Below are positions 24,946 through 37,008 of a stretch of 64,000 nt of DNA, in pieces. Every line of letters starts with the position of its first letter. Within the stretch, counting starts at the first letter, position 1. Origin of the DNA: Squalus acanthias (lineage: Eukaryota). Position numbers and translations under genes: made by a program. The notes under the pieces were generated by a model, which ran no database searches, was not told the DNA's origin, and was given only the letters and a program-made list of their open reading frames with translations. The stretch is from NCBI GenBank assembly GCA_030390025.1, contig CM059432.1:124126001-124190000 (forward strand), given 5' to 3'.

Positions 24946-26469
24946 GTAAGTGACTGTAAGGCCCTGAAGTTCCAGGATGGAGGGAGGGGGGTCTAGTAGT
25001 GGCATCCTCTCCCTCCAAATAGGCAGCAAATATTTACCTTTGTAGGTTTTGGTCTTGGTTGAGGCCTACAAAATCTTTTCCTGAAATCTTCTGGGCTCTT
25101 CTGCCCCTTTCAGTGGCCTCTCTGGCTCTGATAGTGCTGCACTGGCAGTCTCACGTCAGCAGTGCCAAGAGTTTCCTCCCGGCAGTGGTGGGCTCCCTCT
25201 TGGTGGCATGAATCTCACCAGAAGATTGCCCTGCATTTAAAGTGACACCCCTGTCTCAGTATAATGGTCACTGCAGGGTGGGTAGAAGTCACCACCCTGC
25301 TGGAAGGAGGAAAATCCAACCCAGAACAGATTACGATAGATGCTGGGGCTTGTATAATGTATTTTAGTGTTTATAGGAATTTTTAGTTAGGCCAAGTCCA
25401 ATTTAGCAATTGGTTTTCTGTGAGCAACATGTCTTTGTGTGCAAGAGATGAGAAATGTATAATCCCTGTCTTAATGTAAATATGCTCACTTCAAAGGGAG
25501 ATGACTTACCTCTATTTACATTGATTGCTAGTAGGTAGTCTTCCATAAGAACAAAGTGGTTTCTTCCCTCAGACAATGTATGTATAAAGTAGTCAGAGCC
25601 ATTATTTGTAATGGTCATCTCACTGGAGGTTCTGACTCTAATTAAGAAAGAAGAAAGGTTCTGGCTCCAGTTAAATCAAACCCTGTTTGGCTGGGGTGCA
25701 TTTATATGAAGCGGTTTAGATCTGAAGTTCCTTTTGTCTCTGGTCTATTACTAACATGAGGTAGATCAAAATGGGGCAGAGTGGATTAACTATGAAGGAT
25801 ATCTTTTTATCTTCCATTGTGCGAGCTCGAACATTAAAGAAAAGAGACTATTATAACCAGGCTGATGTTCTATGTTCCACAGTTTTCCTTTTGTCCTGTG
25901 CCATTATATGAGTTGAGGACTAATACGGTCCGTGAACTTTTCTAACGTTTTTCATCATCGACTCATGATCAAAAGTTATTGAAGAGAACTGCTAGACTTT
26001 GGAGCTTTCATTCTTTTTGGAAAAAATGTGTGAAGTTAAGCATTTTGTAGGGTAAATTCACTGATCCCATACTCCCAGTGGGAAGCTGTGCTTCATCCTC
26101 GCATGAGTCAGAAATAGGGCTACAATCCTGTTACTGTTCCATTCAAGTGTGGCTCCCTGCTGGAACTCTAGGATCCGTGAATTTATCCTTATGTCATGTT
26201 TATCTGCTGATTTGTTCTTGGTTTTTATAATTTTCCTTTTTAATAAATATGAACTAGTAGCTTTTAGCCTGAGCTATGTGGTTTGTCAATGTGTTATTTT
26301 ATGTCAATTCGTAAAGATCAGCAGAATATAAAAGAGGCAGCTGGTATCATTTCCAATGCATAGCCCAAAGGTAGAAGGATATGTTATTCACCCTGCAGCA
26401 GCATGATATTTTGCATATAACATGTGTTTCTGTTTAATGGAAGAACAGACTTGCCTCTGCAATCTGCAT

Positions 26470-26997
26470 AGGGTATACGGCGCAGAAACAGGCCATTCGG
26501 CCCAACCAGTCCATGCCGGCGTTTATGCTCCACTCGAGCCTCCTCCTGTCTTTCCTCATCTAAATCTATCAGCATAACTCTCTATTCCCTTCTCCCTCCA
26601 TATGCTTATCTAGCCTCCCCTTAAATGCATCTGTACTATTTGCTTCAACCACTCCCTGTGGTAGCGAGTTCCACATTCTCACCACTCTTTGAGTAAAGAA
26701 GTTTCTTCTGAATTCCCTATTGGATTTCTTGGTGACTATCCTATATTGATGGCCTCTAGTTTTGCTCTTCCCCACAAGTGGAAACACTCTCTCTGTATCC
26801 ACTCTATCAAAACCTTTCATAATTTTCAAGACCTCTGTTAGGTCGCCCTTCAGCCTTCTCTTTTCAAGAGAAAAGTGACCCTGCTTGTTCATCCTTTCCT
26901 GATAGGTATACCCTCGCATTTCTGGTATCATCCTTGTAAATCTTCTCTGCACCCTCTCCAGTGCCTCTACATCCTTTTTATAATATGGCGACCAGAA
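26470..26997 (-). mobile_element. CR1 3' fragment
   Basis: ORF 26569..27018 (FWSPYYKKDVEALERVQRRFTRMI...FFTQRVVRMWNSLP). Confidence 0.9.
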
Positions 26998-27148
26998 GAT
27001 GACTTTTGTGGCGAGCATGTGTAAAGAGTGTTGGGAAATAGTTCAAATATAAAAAATGTGAAAACATTTATTTGTAAAGATACGATTACAAATTGACAGC
27101 CACCATTATTTGATAGATCCTTGTGTAGTCTGTGGATCATAAAACAGA

Positions 27149-27272
27149 GGGGGTTTAATTGGTCATGGGCAGTAGCGTAGAATAGATGATGATGAATCGG
27201 GCGAGGTGTAAAACGGGCTGCCGATTAGCTATCGCCTGTTTTACACAACCTCCCAAGGCCAATTTCACCTCC
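27149..27272. mobile_element. Harbinger-type MITE
   Basis: Imperfect TIRs gggggtttaattgg / ccaatttcacctcc; internal gtgtaaaacggg...cctgttttacac palindrome shared with the MITEs at 30703 and 59567. Confidence 0.65.
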
Positions 27273-27709
27273 AGTGATTTAAAACATTTAACAAGTTTGT
27301 TATATAATCTGTCCTGTACAAATTCTCTGTCGATAATGCAACATCCTTACCAGTGGGCTCCTCTTCGGCTGAACTGCTAATAGATACTAGGCAGAAGGTG
27401 CGTAGCACACACTACACCCAGTACTGTTCTAACATTGCAAACGGGGTCCTATGTATGTCATACAACCCCGAATTTCATATTAAAAGGGTCTACCATTTCA
27501 CTCAAGTGGGCTTTACACCCACCCAGCCGCACTCGCAGGGGAGGATGACAGCGGCCACAGCCACGGCGGGAACGGGCTGGTAAGTCATTCACGACCATTT
27601 TTTGGGGTGCTACTGCTCCATTTCAGCCAGGCGGGAAGGCTCAAAATCTCTCCCTTAGTGTTGGGAGAAAGGTTATGAGTAGTGGTCTTCACCATCGGTA
27701 AATGTTAAA

Positions 27710-28324
27710 GGGGTGGGTTTTCGTGCGACCACTTCCGTCAGGCAGGTGGTGAGCAGAACGCGCCTGCCACCACCCGAGGGAAGCCGTCTGAGACTAGACC
27801 AATTTTCATGGCCGTACCTCATTACCATTCCGTCTGCGAGCTGCGGGTACATTTGGTGCAGCTCGCCAATCGGAGGGCGCCAAAAATCTGCCAGCTTCAC
27901 CGCAGAGCCCAGCTGATCCAGGCAAGTTGTGGGGGAGCGGGTAGAGGCGATCCTGAGGGAGGGTGAAGGGTGGAGGTCAGTTTTTAAACCTTTTCTGAAC
28001 GACCTGCTGCAGTCTCCTTGACGTTCGTTAATTTGGCCGCTCAATGCCAAGTACTAATGGGCGGAGCATAGATGGTGCACACGCCACCCATTGGTACTTA
28101 AAAATTGCATTGGGGTCCTGCTGATGTCATAGGTTCCTCAGTTGCGTTGACTATTGAGGCTCCCACTTGTTCCCAGTGGCACCTGTTCCTAGGCCCCAAC
28201 CAAAATGGCGGAGACTGGATGTCGGTGGGAACAGAGGGTGGGGGAGGGGGGCAGGCGCTGCACTGCCATTTTAATTACGTTACTGGGCCGTCCCCACCCG
28301 GCGGAGGGGATGCAAATTGACCCC
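27710..28324. mobile_element. Non-autonomous Harbinger-type element
   Basis: GC/CpG-rich island bounded by ggggtgggtttt / aaattgacccc. Confidence 0.55.
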
Positions 28325-28833
28325 GAAAGTTTACTGCAGCTAGTGTGAAGGCAAAGCAGGCTAAGTCTATGGCAACCTCACACCACTTGCAGAATTCAAT
28401 GCTGAGTAAATTCACTTCAGTGCTATGCTTCAATGGAAAGATGACAATTCACAACACATACAGGCATCAGTCCCTGCATGGCTGACGTCAGTGATGAGCT
28501 GAGTCAGGGAGTGCCTGCTAGGAAAAGAAGTACATTGGCTTTCTTTTCCATCATGGAGCAGCTTTCTTCTCATTTAGAGAATGCTTTATTTTTATAACTG
28601 CTACACTTTAAAGTACTACTTCCCCTTACCCCAACCTCATTTGTTTCCGAGCATAATAATGCCTGCACTACTGTTTCGCTTTCATTAAATCTGTACCCCC
28701 ACAGTTACAAAGTAACCTGCATCCAACATTACAAGTACAGTAAACTATAATTGTAGTGACCTAAATATTTTGAAAATCTGTTTCAGAAAATTGGTGACTT
28801 TAGTAATAAGTCAAGCAAAGACAATAATCAATC

Positions 28834-28996
28834 ACAAAAGCAAAATACTGCAGATGCTGGAAATCTGAACTAAAAACAGAAAATGCTGGAAATACTCAGC
28901 AGGTCAGGCAGCATCTGTGGAGAGAGAAACAGAGTTAACGTTTCAGGTCGATGACCTTTCGTCAGTTCTGAAACGTTAACTCTGTTTCTCTCTCCG
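28834..28996 (-). mobile_element. Penelope-type pLTR with inverted duplication and hammerhead core
   Basis: 12-bp TSD CAATAATCAATC (28822-28833, 28997-29008); 28-bp perfect inverted arms 28919-28946 / 28968-28995; minus-strand CTGACGA-aAGGTCatcGACCT-GAAACGTT. Confidence 0.8.
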
Positions 28997-29564
28997 CAAT
29001 AATCAATCGCTGTTTGAAGAGTTAGCATTTACGTACATCGTATAGTTAATAGATACTCCATACACTTTCAAATATAATTACTGAAGGAAGCTCCTTTTAC
29101 TCATCGACGCATGTAATATTCTGAGATAGAGGACAGTCAATATATCACCTATTGTAACTTTAACCATTTTATTTAATGGCTCACAAGCTGGCACTTCTCC
29201 TAACAGCACCTTTTTAATATTCTATTTTCCTACAGCACCGGAACTGCGCCAAGGAAGTGGATTTTGCAGCCGAATGATCTAATAACTGAAGCATCACACA
29301 ATAGTGATGCCAAGACTGTTGGAATATTCAAACGCCAGACTCAGTTATTATTTCATTCATCCACGCATGCATTTCACATCCACAGTTAGGGACAACTGAA
29401 AGCCTCTGTAATCCTAGGAGATTGCACTGCTAAGGTTGTTGAGATGGTTGAAATCCTTCTGTATGACACAGCTCCAGTGCAACAGTGTAGAAAACTGGAA
29501 AACTGCAGGTACTATAGCCACAATAGAGTGGCAGTTGGAAATAAAATATATATTAGTTACTAAA

Positions 29565-30042
29565 TGCCCGCATCCTAACTCACACCACATCCCATTCGCC
29601 CATCACCCCTGTGCGTGCTGACCTACATTGGCTCCCAGTCCACCAACTACTCAAATTTAAAATTCTTATCCTCATGTTCAAAATCCCTCCATGGCCTCGT
29701 CCATCCCTATCTCTGTAACCTCCTCCAGCCCTACAACCCTCCGAAAACCCTGCGTTCCTCCAACTCTGGCCTCTTGTGCATCCCCTACTTCCTTCGCTCC
29801 ACCATTGATGGCCATGCCTTCAGCCGTCTAGGCCCGAAGCTCTGGAATTCTCTTCCCAAACCTCGTCACCTCTCTCCTTTAAGATGGTCCTTAAAACCTA
29901 CCTTTTTGGCCAAGCAGTTGGTCACCTGTCTCAATGTCTTTTTCTTTGGGTTGGTGCCAATTTTTGTCTGATTACGCTCCTGTGAAGCACCTTGGGACGT
30001 TTTACTATGTTGAAGGTGCTATATAAATGCAAGTTGTTGTTG
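29565..30042 (+). mobile_element. L2 LINE 3' fragment
   Basis: KSLHGL...YLCNLLQPYNP...LRSSNSGLL...LWNSLP; tail gtgctatataaatgcaa(gtt)n. Confidence 0.9.
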
Positions 30043-30696
30043 TAAATAACCTGCTATCTCACTGCAAATGCTCAAAGGGTTTGTTTTTCACCTTCGATGG
30101 TATCAGTTCTAATCATGACACAAATTGGCAGTGCTACCATCAGGTCTTTGGTTTGATGAACTGTTGTTCTCAAGTAACTTCCAATCACCCAATGGCCCCT
30201 TTGATAAAAGCACTCGTCTCTAATTTCTGTGGGGGTTCTCCTGACCTCCCACCGTAAGATTAGTGAAAACCCCAGAGAAATGGTTTAAACAGTTGTTTAT
30301 GCCACTTCTGCGGGGTTTCTGCCGATCGTCCGTCAAAGATACAGATCAGCCATCATCTAACTGAATGGCAGAACAGGCCTGAGGGGCTGAATGGCCTACT
30401 CCTGTTCCTATTTTCCTAAGTTAAGGCACAAGATTGAGAGAATCTCACCCGCCCCCACCCCACATCTGATTCCCGTGGAAATTCTACCCTACTATGGAAC
30501 TGAATCACACATGCAGAGGAGTAGGTTCCAGGTTCAATTGCTGGTCTGTGCTGTGATGATAGGAGCACAACAATTAGCTCCAATATCCCTGAGCTTGATA
30601 GGGATAAAAAAAAAAAAATCTGCTTGTGTTCCCGCTCCTAATTGTTTTTCAATGATTCTAGGTGGAAAGTTTGCTTGTGTGGCCATTGGGTGAGAA

Positions 30697-30861
30697 CACA
30701 ATGGGGGTAATTTGGACTTTGGGTGATAGTGTAAAATGGGCGATAGTGATTCACAATGGGGGTAATTTGGACTTTGGGTGATAGTGTAAAATGGGCGATA
30801 GTGATTCACAATGGGGGTAATTTGGACTTTGGGTGATAGTGTAAAATGGGCGATAGTGATT
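30697..30861 (+). repeat. Three perfect 55-bp tandem copies covering a MITE left end
   Basis: Units start at 30697, 30752 and 30807 and are identical. Confidence 0.95.
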
Positions 30862-30969
30862 TAGCTGTATTTTATACAACTCTAGAAATGAAACTCGGGA
30901 GAGATGTATAATGGGCGGCTGAATCAATATCCCCTGGTCAATACCATAACCCAAAGTCAAAATTCCCCC
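30703..30969. mobile_element. Harbinger-type MITE with triplicated left end
   Basis: TIR gggggtaatttggactttggg / cccaaagtcaaaattccccc. Confidence 0.75.
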
Positions 30970-31079
30970 CCTTGCGGCTTAACTCTGATGTCCCCCAGGG
31001 TAAAGTCACAAATTAAAATTTAGCATTTGAAGAGTCAGCAATCATACAACTGCACCTTCGAAAGAGAAGGAAGACAGGG

Positions 31080-31880
31080 AGAACATAGGAACAGGTGTAG
31101 GCCATTCGATGCCTCGAACCAGTTCGACAATTTTTTTACCTATGACAGTTCTTTATCTTTTTAATCTCAAATCCTGGTCCATTCTCCTTAGCTCTTAATA
31201 CACTTACTCCTCCAGTAAGTGTCTCTTCCTTATAAACACTTCAATTGATTCCACATTCTTAAAACCTCTTCCATGAAGAAGCTTTTCCTGGATTTGTTTT
31301 TAACTCCTTAGTTCTAATTTTAAGATTATGTTCACTTATTCTAGATTCCCCTACTCATGAGAAAATCCATCCCTATATACCTCGTTGGATCCATACATGA
31401 TTTTCAGCTTCTCAACCAGATCGCCCCTTAACCTTCTTGCCCTTAGGAAGCATTAACCAAAATTATCCAGTCTCTAATCTCAACTAAATCCCTTCATTTC
31501 AGGTATTATCCCAGTGAATCATCACTGGACTCCCTCCAAGGGTAGTATATTCTTCCCCCAAAGGTGGAGTACCTAAAACTGAACACAGTACGGCAAATGA
31601 AGTCTGATCATCAGCCTGTATAACTGTAGTAGTATTTCCTTGCTTTTATGTTCTGTACTTCTTGTGATGAAGACCAGCATCTTATTAGCCTAGCTGTTCT
31701 TTTTGATTGAATTTTGCTTCTGCAAGCTAGCTTTTAAAGACATGCACCCAGACCCGCAAATCCTTTTGTTTACCTAACAGCCCAGTGCATCTGGATTTAG
31801 ACTGTATTCTGATCTGCTATTCTTAAATCCAAACTGTACTACCTCACACTTTATGCATCTGCCATTGATCAGTCCGTTCA
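31080..31880 (-). mobile_element. Old degenerate CR1 3' fragment
   Basis: gaacataggaacaggtgtaggccattc tail; agatcgccccttaaccttct and aaactgaacacagta motifs match the other CR1 copies. Confidence 0.7.
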
Positions 31881-31884
31881 CAAT

Positions 31885-32822
31885 CCATTCATGTCCACTT
31901 ACCTCCCCACCACCTCTCTCGATGCCTCCACTGTCTCTGATTTGTCACTCTGCTTGTCCGACATGCAGTATTGGATGAGCAGAAATTTCGTCAAATTGGG
32001 ATGACCGAAGCCATTGTCTTTGGTCCCCGCCACAAATTCCGTTCCATAGCCACTGACTCCATCCCTCTCCCTGGCCACTGACTGAGGCTGAACCAGACTG
32101 TTCACAAACCTGGTGTCGTATTTGATCCTGAGATGAGCTTCTGACCACACATCCGCTCCATCACCAAGACCACCGACTTCCACCTCTGTAACATTGCCCG
32201 TCTCTGCCCCTGCCTCAGCTCATCAGTTGCTAAAACCCTCATCCATGCCTTTGTTACCTTTAGACTTGACAATTCTAATGCTCTCCTGGCCGGCCTCCCA
32301 CCTTGCACCCTCCGTAAACTTCGGCTCATCTAAAACCCTGATGCCCATATCCTAACTCGCACCAAGTCCTGTTCACCCATCACCCCTGTGCTCACTGACT
32401 TACATTGGCTCTTGGTCCGGCAATGCCTCGATTTTAAAATTCTCATCCTCTTTTACAAGTCCCTCATTGGCCTCGCTCCTCCCTATCTCTTTAACCTCCT
32501 CCAGCCCTACAATCCTCCGAAATCTCTGTGTTCCTCCAATTCAGGCCTCTTGCCCATCCCCGATTTTAATCGCTCCACCATTGGCGGCCATGCCTTCAGC
32601 TGCCTAGTCCTTAAACTCTGGAATTCCCACCCTAAACCTCTCTGCCTCTCTACCTCTCTACCTCTCTCTCCTCCTTTAAGATGCTCCCTAAAACCTGCCT
32701 CTTACCTGACCTAATATCTCCTTATATGGCTCGGTGTCAAATTTTGTTTGATAATCGCTCCTGTGAAGCACTTTGGGATGTTTACCTACGTTAAAGGCAC
32801 TAAATAAATACAAGTTGTTGTT
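31885..32822 (+). mobile_element. L2 LINE 3' fragment
   Basis: KTLIHAFVTFRLDNSNALL; LTDLHWLLVRQCLDFKIL; L2 tail. Confidence 0.9.
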
Positions 32823-33178
32823 ATTATTTGTCATTTTCAGCTCATTTCTTCACAATTCACTACATTTCCCCAGCTGACTGAAAACTGAGATTTGCTCCCC
32901 TTCGAAATCCAGGTCATCTTATATGTAAAAACTGTGGCCTCAGCAGCTATTCCTGGCGGAGAATCACTTGTTCCTTCATGCTGATCTGAAAATATACTGT
33001 TTAACCCAAATTTATGCCTCTTGTTTCCCAACCAGTTTCCTATTGGTGCCATGAGGCTATCTCCAAATCAATGGCTTTAATTTTAGCTAGCAATCACAAC
33101 TGAATGCCATTATGAAATTCTTTCTGAAAATCAATGTATGTGACATCCATTGATCCTCTAACACCTAAGTGACTCTAT

Positions 33179-33506
33179 CCCACTCCAGGCACTTGAGCAC
33201 ATAAAACCAGGCTGACACTCCAGTGCAGTGCTGAGGGAGTGTTGCACTGTCGGAGGTGCCGTCTTTTGGATGAGACATTAAACCGAGGCCCCATCTGCTC
33301 TCTCAGGTGGATGTAAAAGATCCCAAGGCACTATTTCGAAGAAGAGCAGGGGAGTTATCCCCGGTGTCCTGGACAATATTTATCCCTCAATCAACATCAC
33401 TGAAACAGATTATCTGGTCATTATCACATTGCCGTTTGCGGGAGCTTGCTGTGCGCAAATTGGCTGCCGCATTTCCCACATTACAACAGTGACTACACTC
33501 CAAAAG
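33179..33506 (+). mobile_element. Deu-domain SINE, left part (split by CR1)
   Basis: Matches 2560-2851 up to gactacactccaaaag; the remainder resumes at 40975. Confidence 0.9.
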
Positions 33507-33894
33507 CAGCGGCAGCGGCGAGAGGATAAAGAGCGGCCCGAGAGCGGAGCTGAATTAAAGCAGTGGCAGCGGCGAGAGGATAAAGAGCGGCCCGAGAGCG
33601 GAGCTGAATTAAAGCAGCGGCAGCGGTGAGAGGATAAAGAGTGGCCCGAGAGTGGAGCTGAATTAAAGCAGCGGCAGCGGTGAGAGGATAAAGAGCGGCC
33701 CGAGAGCGGAGCTGAATTAAAGCAGCGGCAGCGGCGAGAGGATAAAGAGCGGCCCGAGAGTGGAGCTGAATTAAAGCAGTGGCAGCGGCGAGAGGATAAA
33801 GAGCGGCCCGAGAGCGGAGCTGAATTAAAGCAGCGGCAGCGGCGAGAGGATAAAGAGCGGCCCGAGAGTGGAGCTGAATTAAAGCAGTGGCAGC
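33503..33894 (+). repeat. 54-bp tandem array, 7 full units plus a partial, at the CR1 5' end
   Basis: Unit aaagcagcggcagcggcgagaggataaagagcggcccgagagcggagctgaatt starting at 33503, 33557, 33611, 33665, 33719, 33773 and 33827. Confidence 0.97.
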
Positions 33895-34783
33895 AATGAG
33901 TCTCTGATTCAAAAACAACATCAAAGAGTGACATCACAGGAGAGCAAGTAGGTGATTGGTTGGTGAGTATTACAGCTCTTTTTTGCTCTCTAAGTTAGGG
34001 TAGGGATTTAAATTAAGAGCTGAGAAACTGTAACTTGCTAGTAGTTATTAAATTAATAACTTAAACTAAATAAAATAATCAAACAATAAACCTAAAATAT
34101 TGATTGAATCAAATCTTTAACTAATTAATTAATAAATAAAAGAAGGTTAGAGATGGCAGGGTCAGTGGGCAGGGACAGGAGGGTGTTACTGCGAGTCAGG
34201 AAGGTACGCAGACCCAGGATGTAATGATGGAGGAGCCTCAGCCCTGGACCTTGTCCAACAGGTACAAGGTATTTCTACCTGTATGGATGAGGAAAAGGAC
34301 TGCATGGGCAAACTGACCACGGCACTGTGGTACAGGGGGCCATCCAAGTGGGGGGAGAAGGAAGGAATGTGATAGTAGTAGGGGACAGTATAGTCAGGGG
34401 GATAGATACTGTTCTCTGCAGTCGCGAAAGAGAGTCCCGAAGGCTGTGTTGCCTGCCCAGTGCCAGGGTTAAGGATATCTCCTCGCGGCTGGAGAAGAAC
34501 TTGGTGCTGGATTTTGTCAGTGTGGGCGGGCTGGGGCGTGTCAGGTGGAAATCGTGTCAGGACCCCGACTCCTAAGTGATGTGTTGAAAAAGTGGGATTT
34601 TCCCCTAATTGGGCAATTGATGTCCTGCGTGTGGGAACCACTGGCCCAATGAGTCTTTTCATACAGAAAGTCGCCTCCGATGACGTCATCAAAGCTGTTG
34701 GATTTAAGGCCTGCAAGCAGCCTTGCTTCTTCTGGAGACTGCAAAGGCTCTGCAATTTATATGAAGGAGTTGAATTGTGGAAA

Positions 34784-36750
34784 ATGTCATCGATCAAGCA
34801 AAAGTGTGCTCCTCGATTTGATGAGCCATCCCTCCAAGCTCTGGTGCACGGAGCCAGATGTAATAAGGAGGTGCTGTTCCCTTCCTCAGGGAGAAAAAAG
34901 CCACCCCAGCAGACAAAAGCTGTGTGGCTACAAGTGGCCCAGGTGGTCAACTCCATTTCGCTGAGCCGCAGAACCTGGCTGCAATGCAGGAAGCGGTTTC
35001 ATGACCTTCTCCGCACAGGAAAAGTGAGTATGTTTTTACCATCACCCTCAATCTGATCCCCATCACCTCTCCTCACCAGCATTCTGCTTTGCCAACCTCT
35101 TCCTCCACATGCTACTTGACACTTACATCCCTGTACCCTTACCCATTCCCTCTCTCTCTATGGTCACATTCACTTAACTATTCGACCATGCAGCCCTCAC
35201 ACTCCCTATCACTGTGATGCCATGACAACAACAACTTTCAACACACAGGGAGGGTCCTTTGTATCCTTCTAAGCATCTATGCTATGGATTCTCTACACTC
35301 ACTCCTTCATTTTCACTCAAACTCCACTTGTGTCCCTCATTGCAGGAAAAGTGCGCCCACAATAAGAGGGAAAGAGCCATGACAGGAAGAGGGCCACCCT
35401 CAGTAGCCCAGCTCACCCCCTGGGAGGAGGTGGCCCTGGAAATTGCTGGGATCGAGGAGGATACTCAAGTGGTGGACGGACAGACGGGCGTATCACAGCA
35501 AGCTGGTGACAGAATACTTTGGAATCTCTCTCATTGACATAGCATGAGTCACTGATAATGATTCTGATGCTCTAACAGATTGACTTATGATCATCTGCAA
35601 TATTCAATGTGCATGTAACCTTGGCCTCACATCTCTAACTCTTTCCTTTACTCCCCCACAGGACCATCGAAAGCCCCGTCCCCACTATCCAGGCGGAACA
35701 GCCTGAGCCTCCAGGCTCCTCAGAGGAAGCTGCAACCTCTGAGGGCGCAGTGTCAGCAGAATTCAGCGCACTCACACCTCGGTGGGACCTTCGCGAGATA
35801 GAGTAGTGTTGGCACCTGGTGTATCACAGCTCACAAGTGAGCATCAGCAGATGGTGGAGACAGGTACAGCTGTGGAGAGTCCTCGTCAGAGGGTGCAGGA
35901 CTCTGCCAGCTCGGCTCCACTGCATGTCGACCCTGTGCCTCCGGGTCCATTCAGAAGGAGAGCGGTGCTGGAACTCCAGGAACAGGTGCAGGAGCCTCTG
36001 GCAGGTTTTGTCTCCAGGGTCGCTGCGAGTGTAGAGCAAATGGAGGAATACATCGCTAACATGTGCAGAGCCTTTGTGGAGGCATTGGCGCATGAACGCA
36101 TCACCGCGGAAAGGATGGCAACCTCCGTGGAAAGGATGGCTAACTCCATGGTAAGGCTGGCTACCGTAGAGGGGAGGATGGCTACGGTAGAGGAGAGGAT
36201 GGCTACATCCATGGAGGAGCTTAGTTGCCAGGGTATTGAAAACATGGTCATTGTTCAGAATAGAATGACATCTCTTGGGGAGTGATGGTCAGCTATTGAG
36301 CAAACAAACCAGACCTTCATGCAAGTCCTCGGGAGTAGGACTTCCAGTGCAGAAATGGGTCCTCATGACCCCCCTGAGGTGCAGCAAGATGCTGTCAAGC
36401 CACTTGCTAGCTCTGAAGTGGGGCTGACCCATGAGTGGGATGTGGGTGGCAGACAACAAGGAAGTGGAGGCTCCTCTCCAAGCGCTCACACGACCATCCC
36501 ACAGCAAAGCCCTCGATCAGAGCTCCACCAGAGTCCTCACCCAACTGAGATGGGCGTCTCAGCCCCTGCACAGCCGCAGGAGCAGCAGACTGTTAGCGAG
36601 CCCGCACAGGTTCACCACCCCAGAGGACGCCCACCAAAGGCGTTGAGACAGGAGCAGCAAGAGAGTGAGCAAGGGGCCTCCACATCTGCTGAAGCCACAG
36701 GTGAAGCACCACGTACGAGCATGCGTAAGAGGAAGACAAAGCACAAGTAG
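34784..36750 (+). pseudogene. Harbinger Myb/SANT-like gene E (exons 34784-35023, 35346-35505, 35662-36750)
   Basis: APRFDEPSLQALV...WLQVAQVVNS...RTWLQCRKRFHDL trihelix; GT-AG introns; C-terminal NLS-like RKRK; frameshift and stop in exon 3. Confidence 0.88.
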
Positions 36751-37008
36751 TCACAAGGGTAGTCACTTGGGTGCTGTGTTGTTTTGTTTCTGGACCAGCC
36801 ATCATTGTGATTGTATTATAAAGTGTTTTGATGGTAAACTGTTGAAGTTGTGGCCTGTGTCATTTCGCAAATGGGACTTCCACATTGAGGGCTTAGGGCG
36901 CCTTGCAATTGTCAGAATGGTGGTCAGAGTGATAGGATTCCGTAGGTTCTTGTCCATTGTCGATGCTCTGGTAAGAAGGAGTGAGACTAAAGTGTTTGAT
37001 TGTGCAGG

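Noticed and set aside
33503..33894. Regular array resembling a CRISPR locus
   Set aside because: Units are contiguous with no unique spacers, there are no cas genes, and the context is eukaryotic.
33410..33937. 175-aa Cys/Arg-rich and 143-aa Ala-rich repeat ORFs
   Set aside because: By-products of a stop-free 54-bp (multiple of 3) unit read antisense to the CR1.
34186..34956. 256-aa minus-strand ORF
   Set aside because: Crosses the CR1/Harbinger junction antisense to both real genes; a shadow ORF.
34592..35056. Host NAIF1/MSANTD-type gene
   Set aside because: Inside a TIR/TSD-bounded element inserted in a CR1, with paralogous copies in the window.
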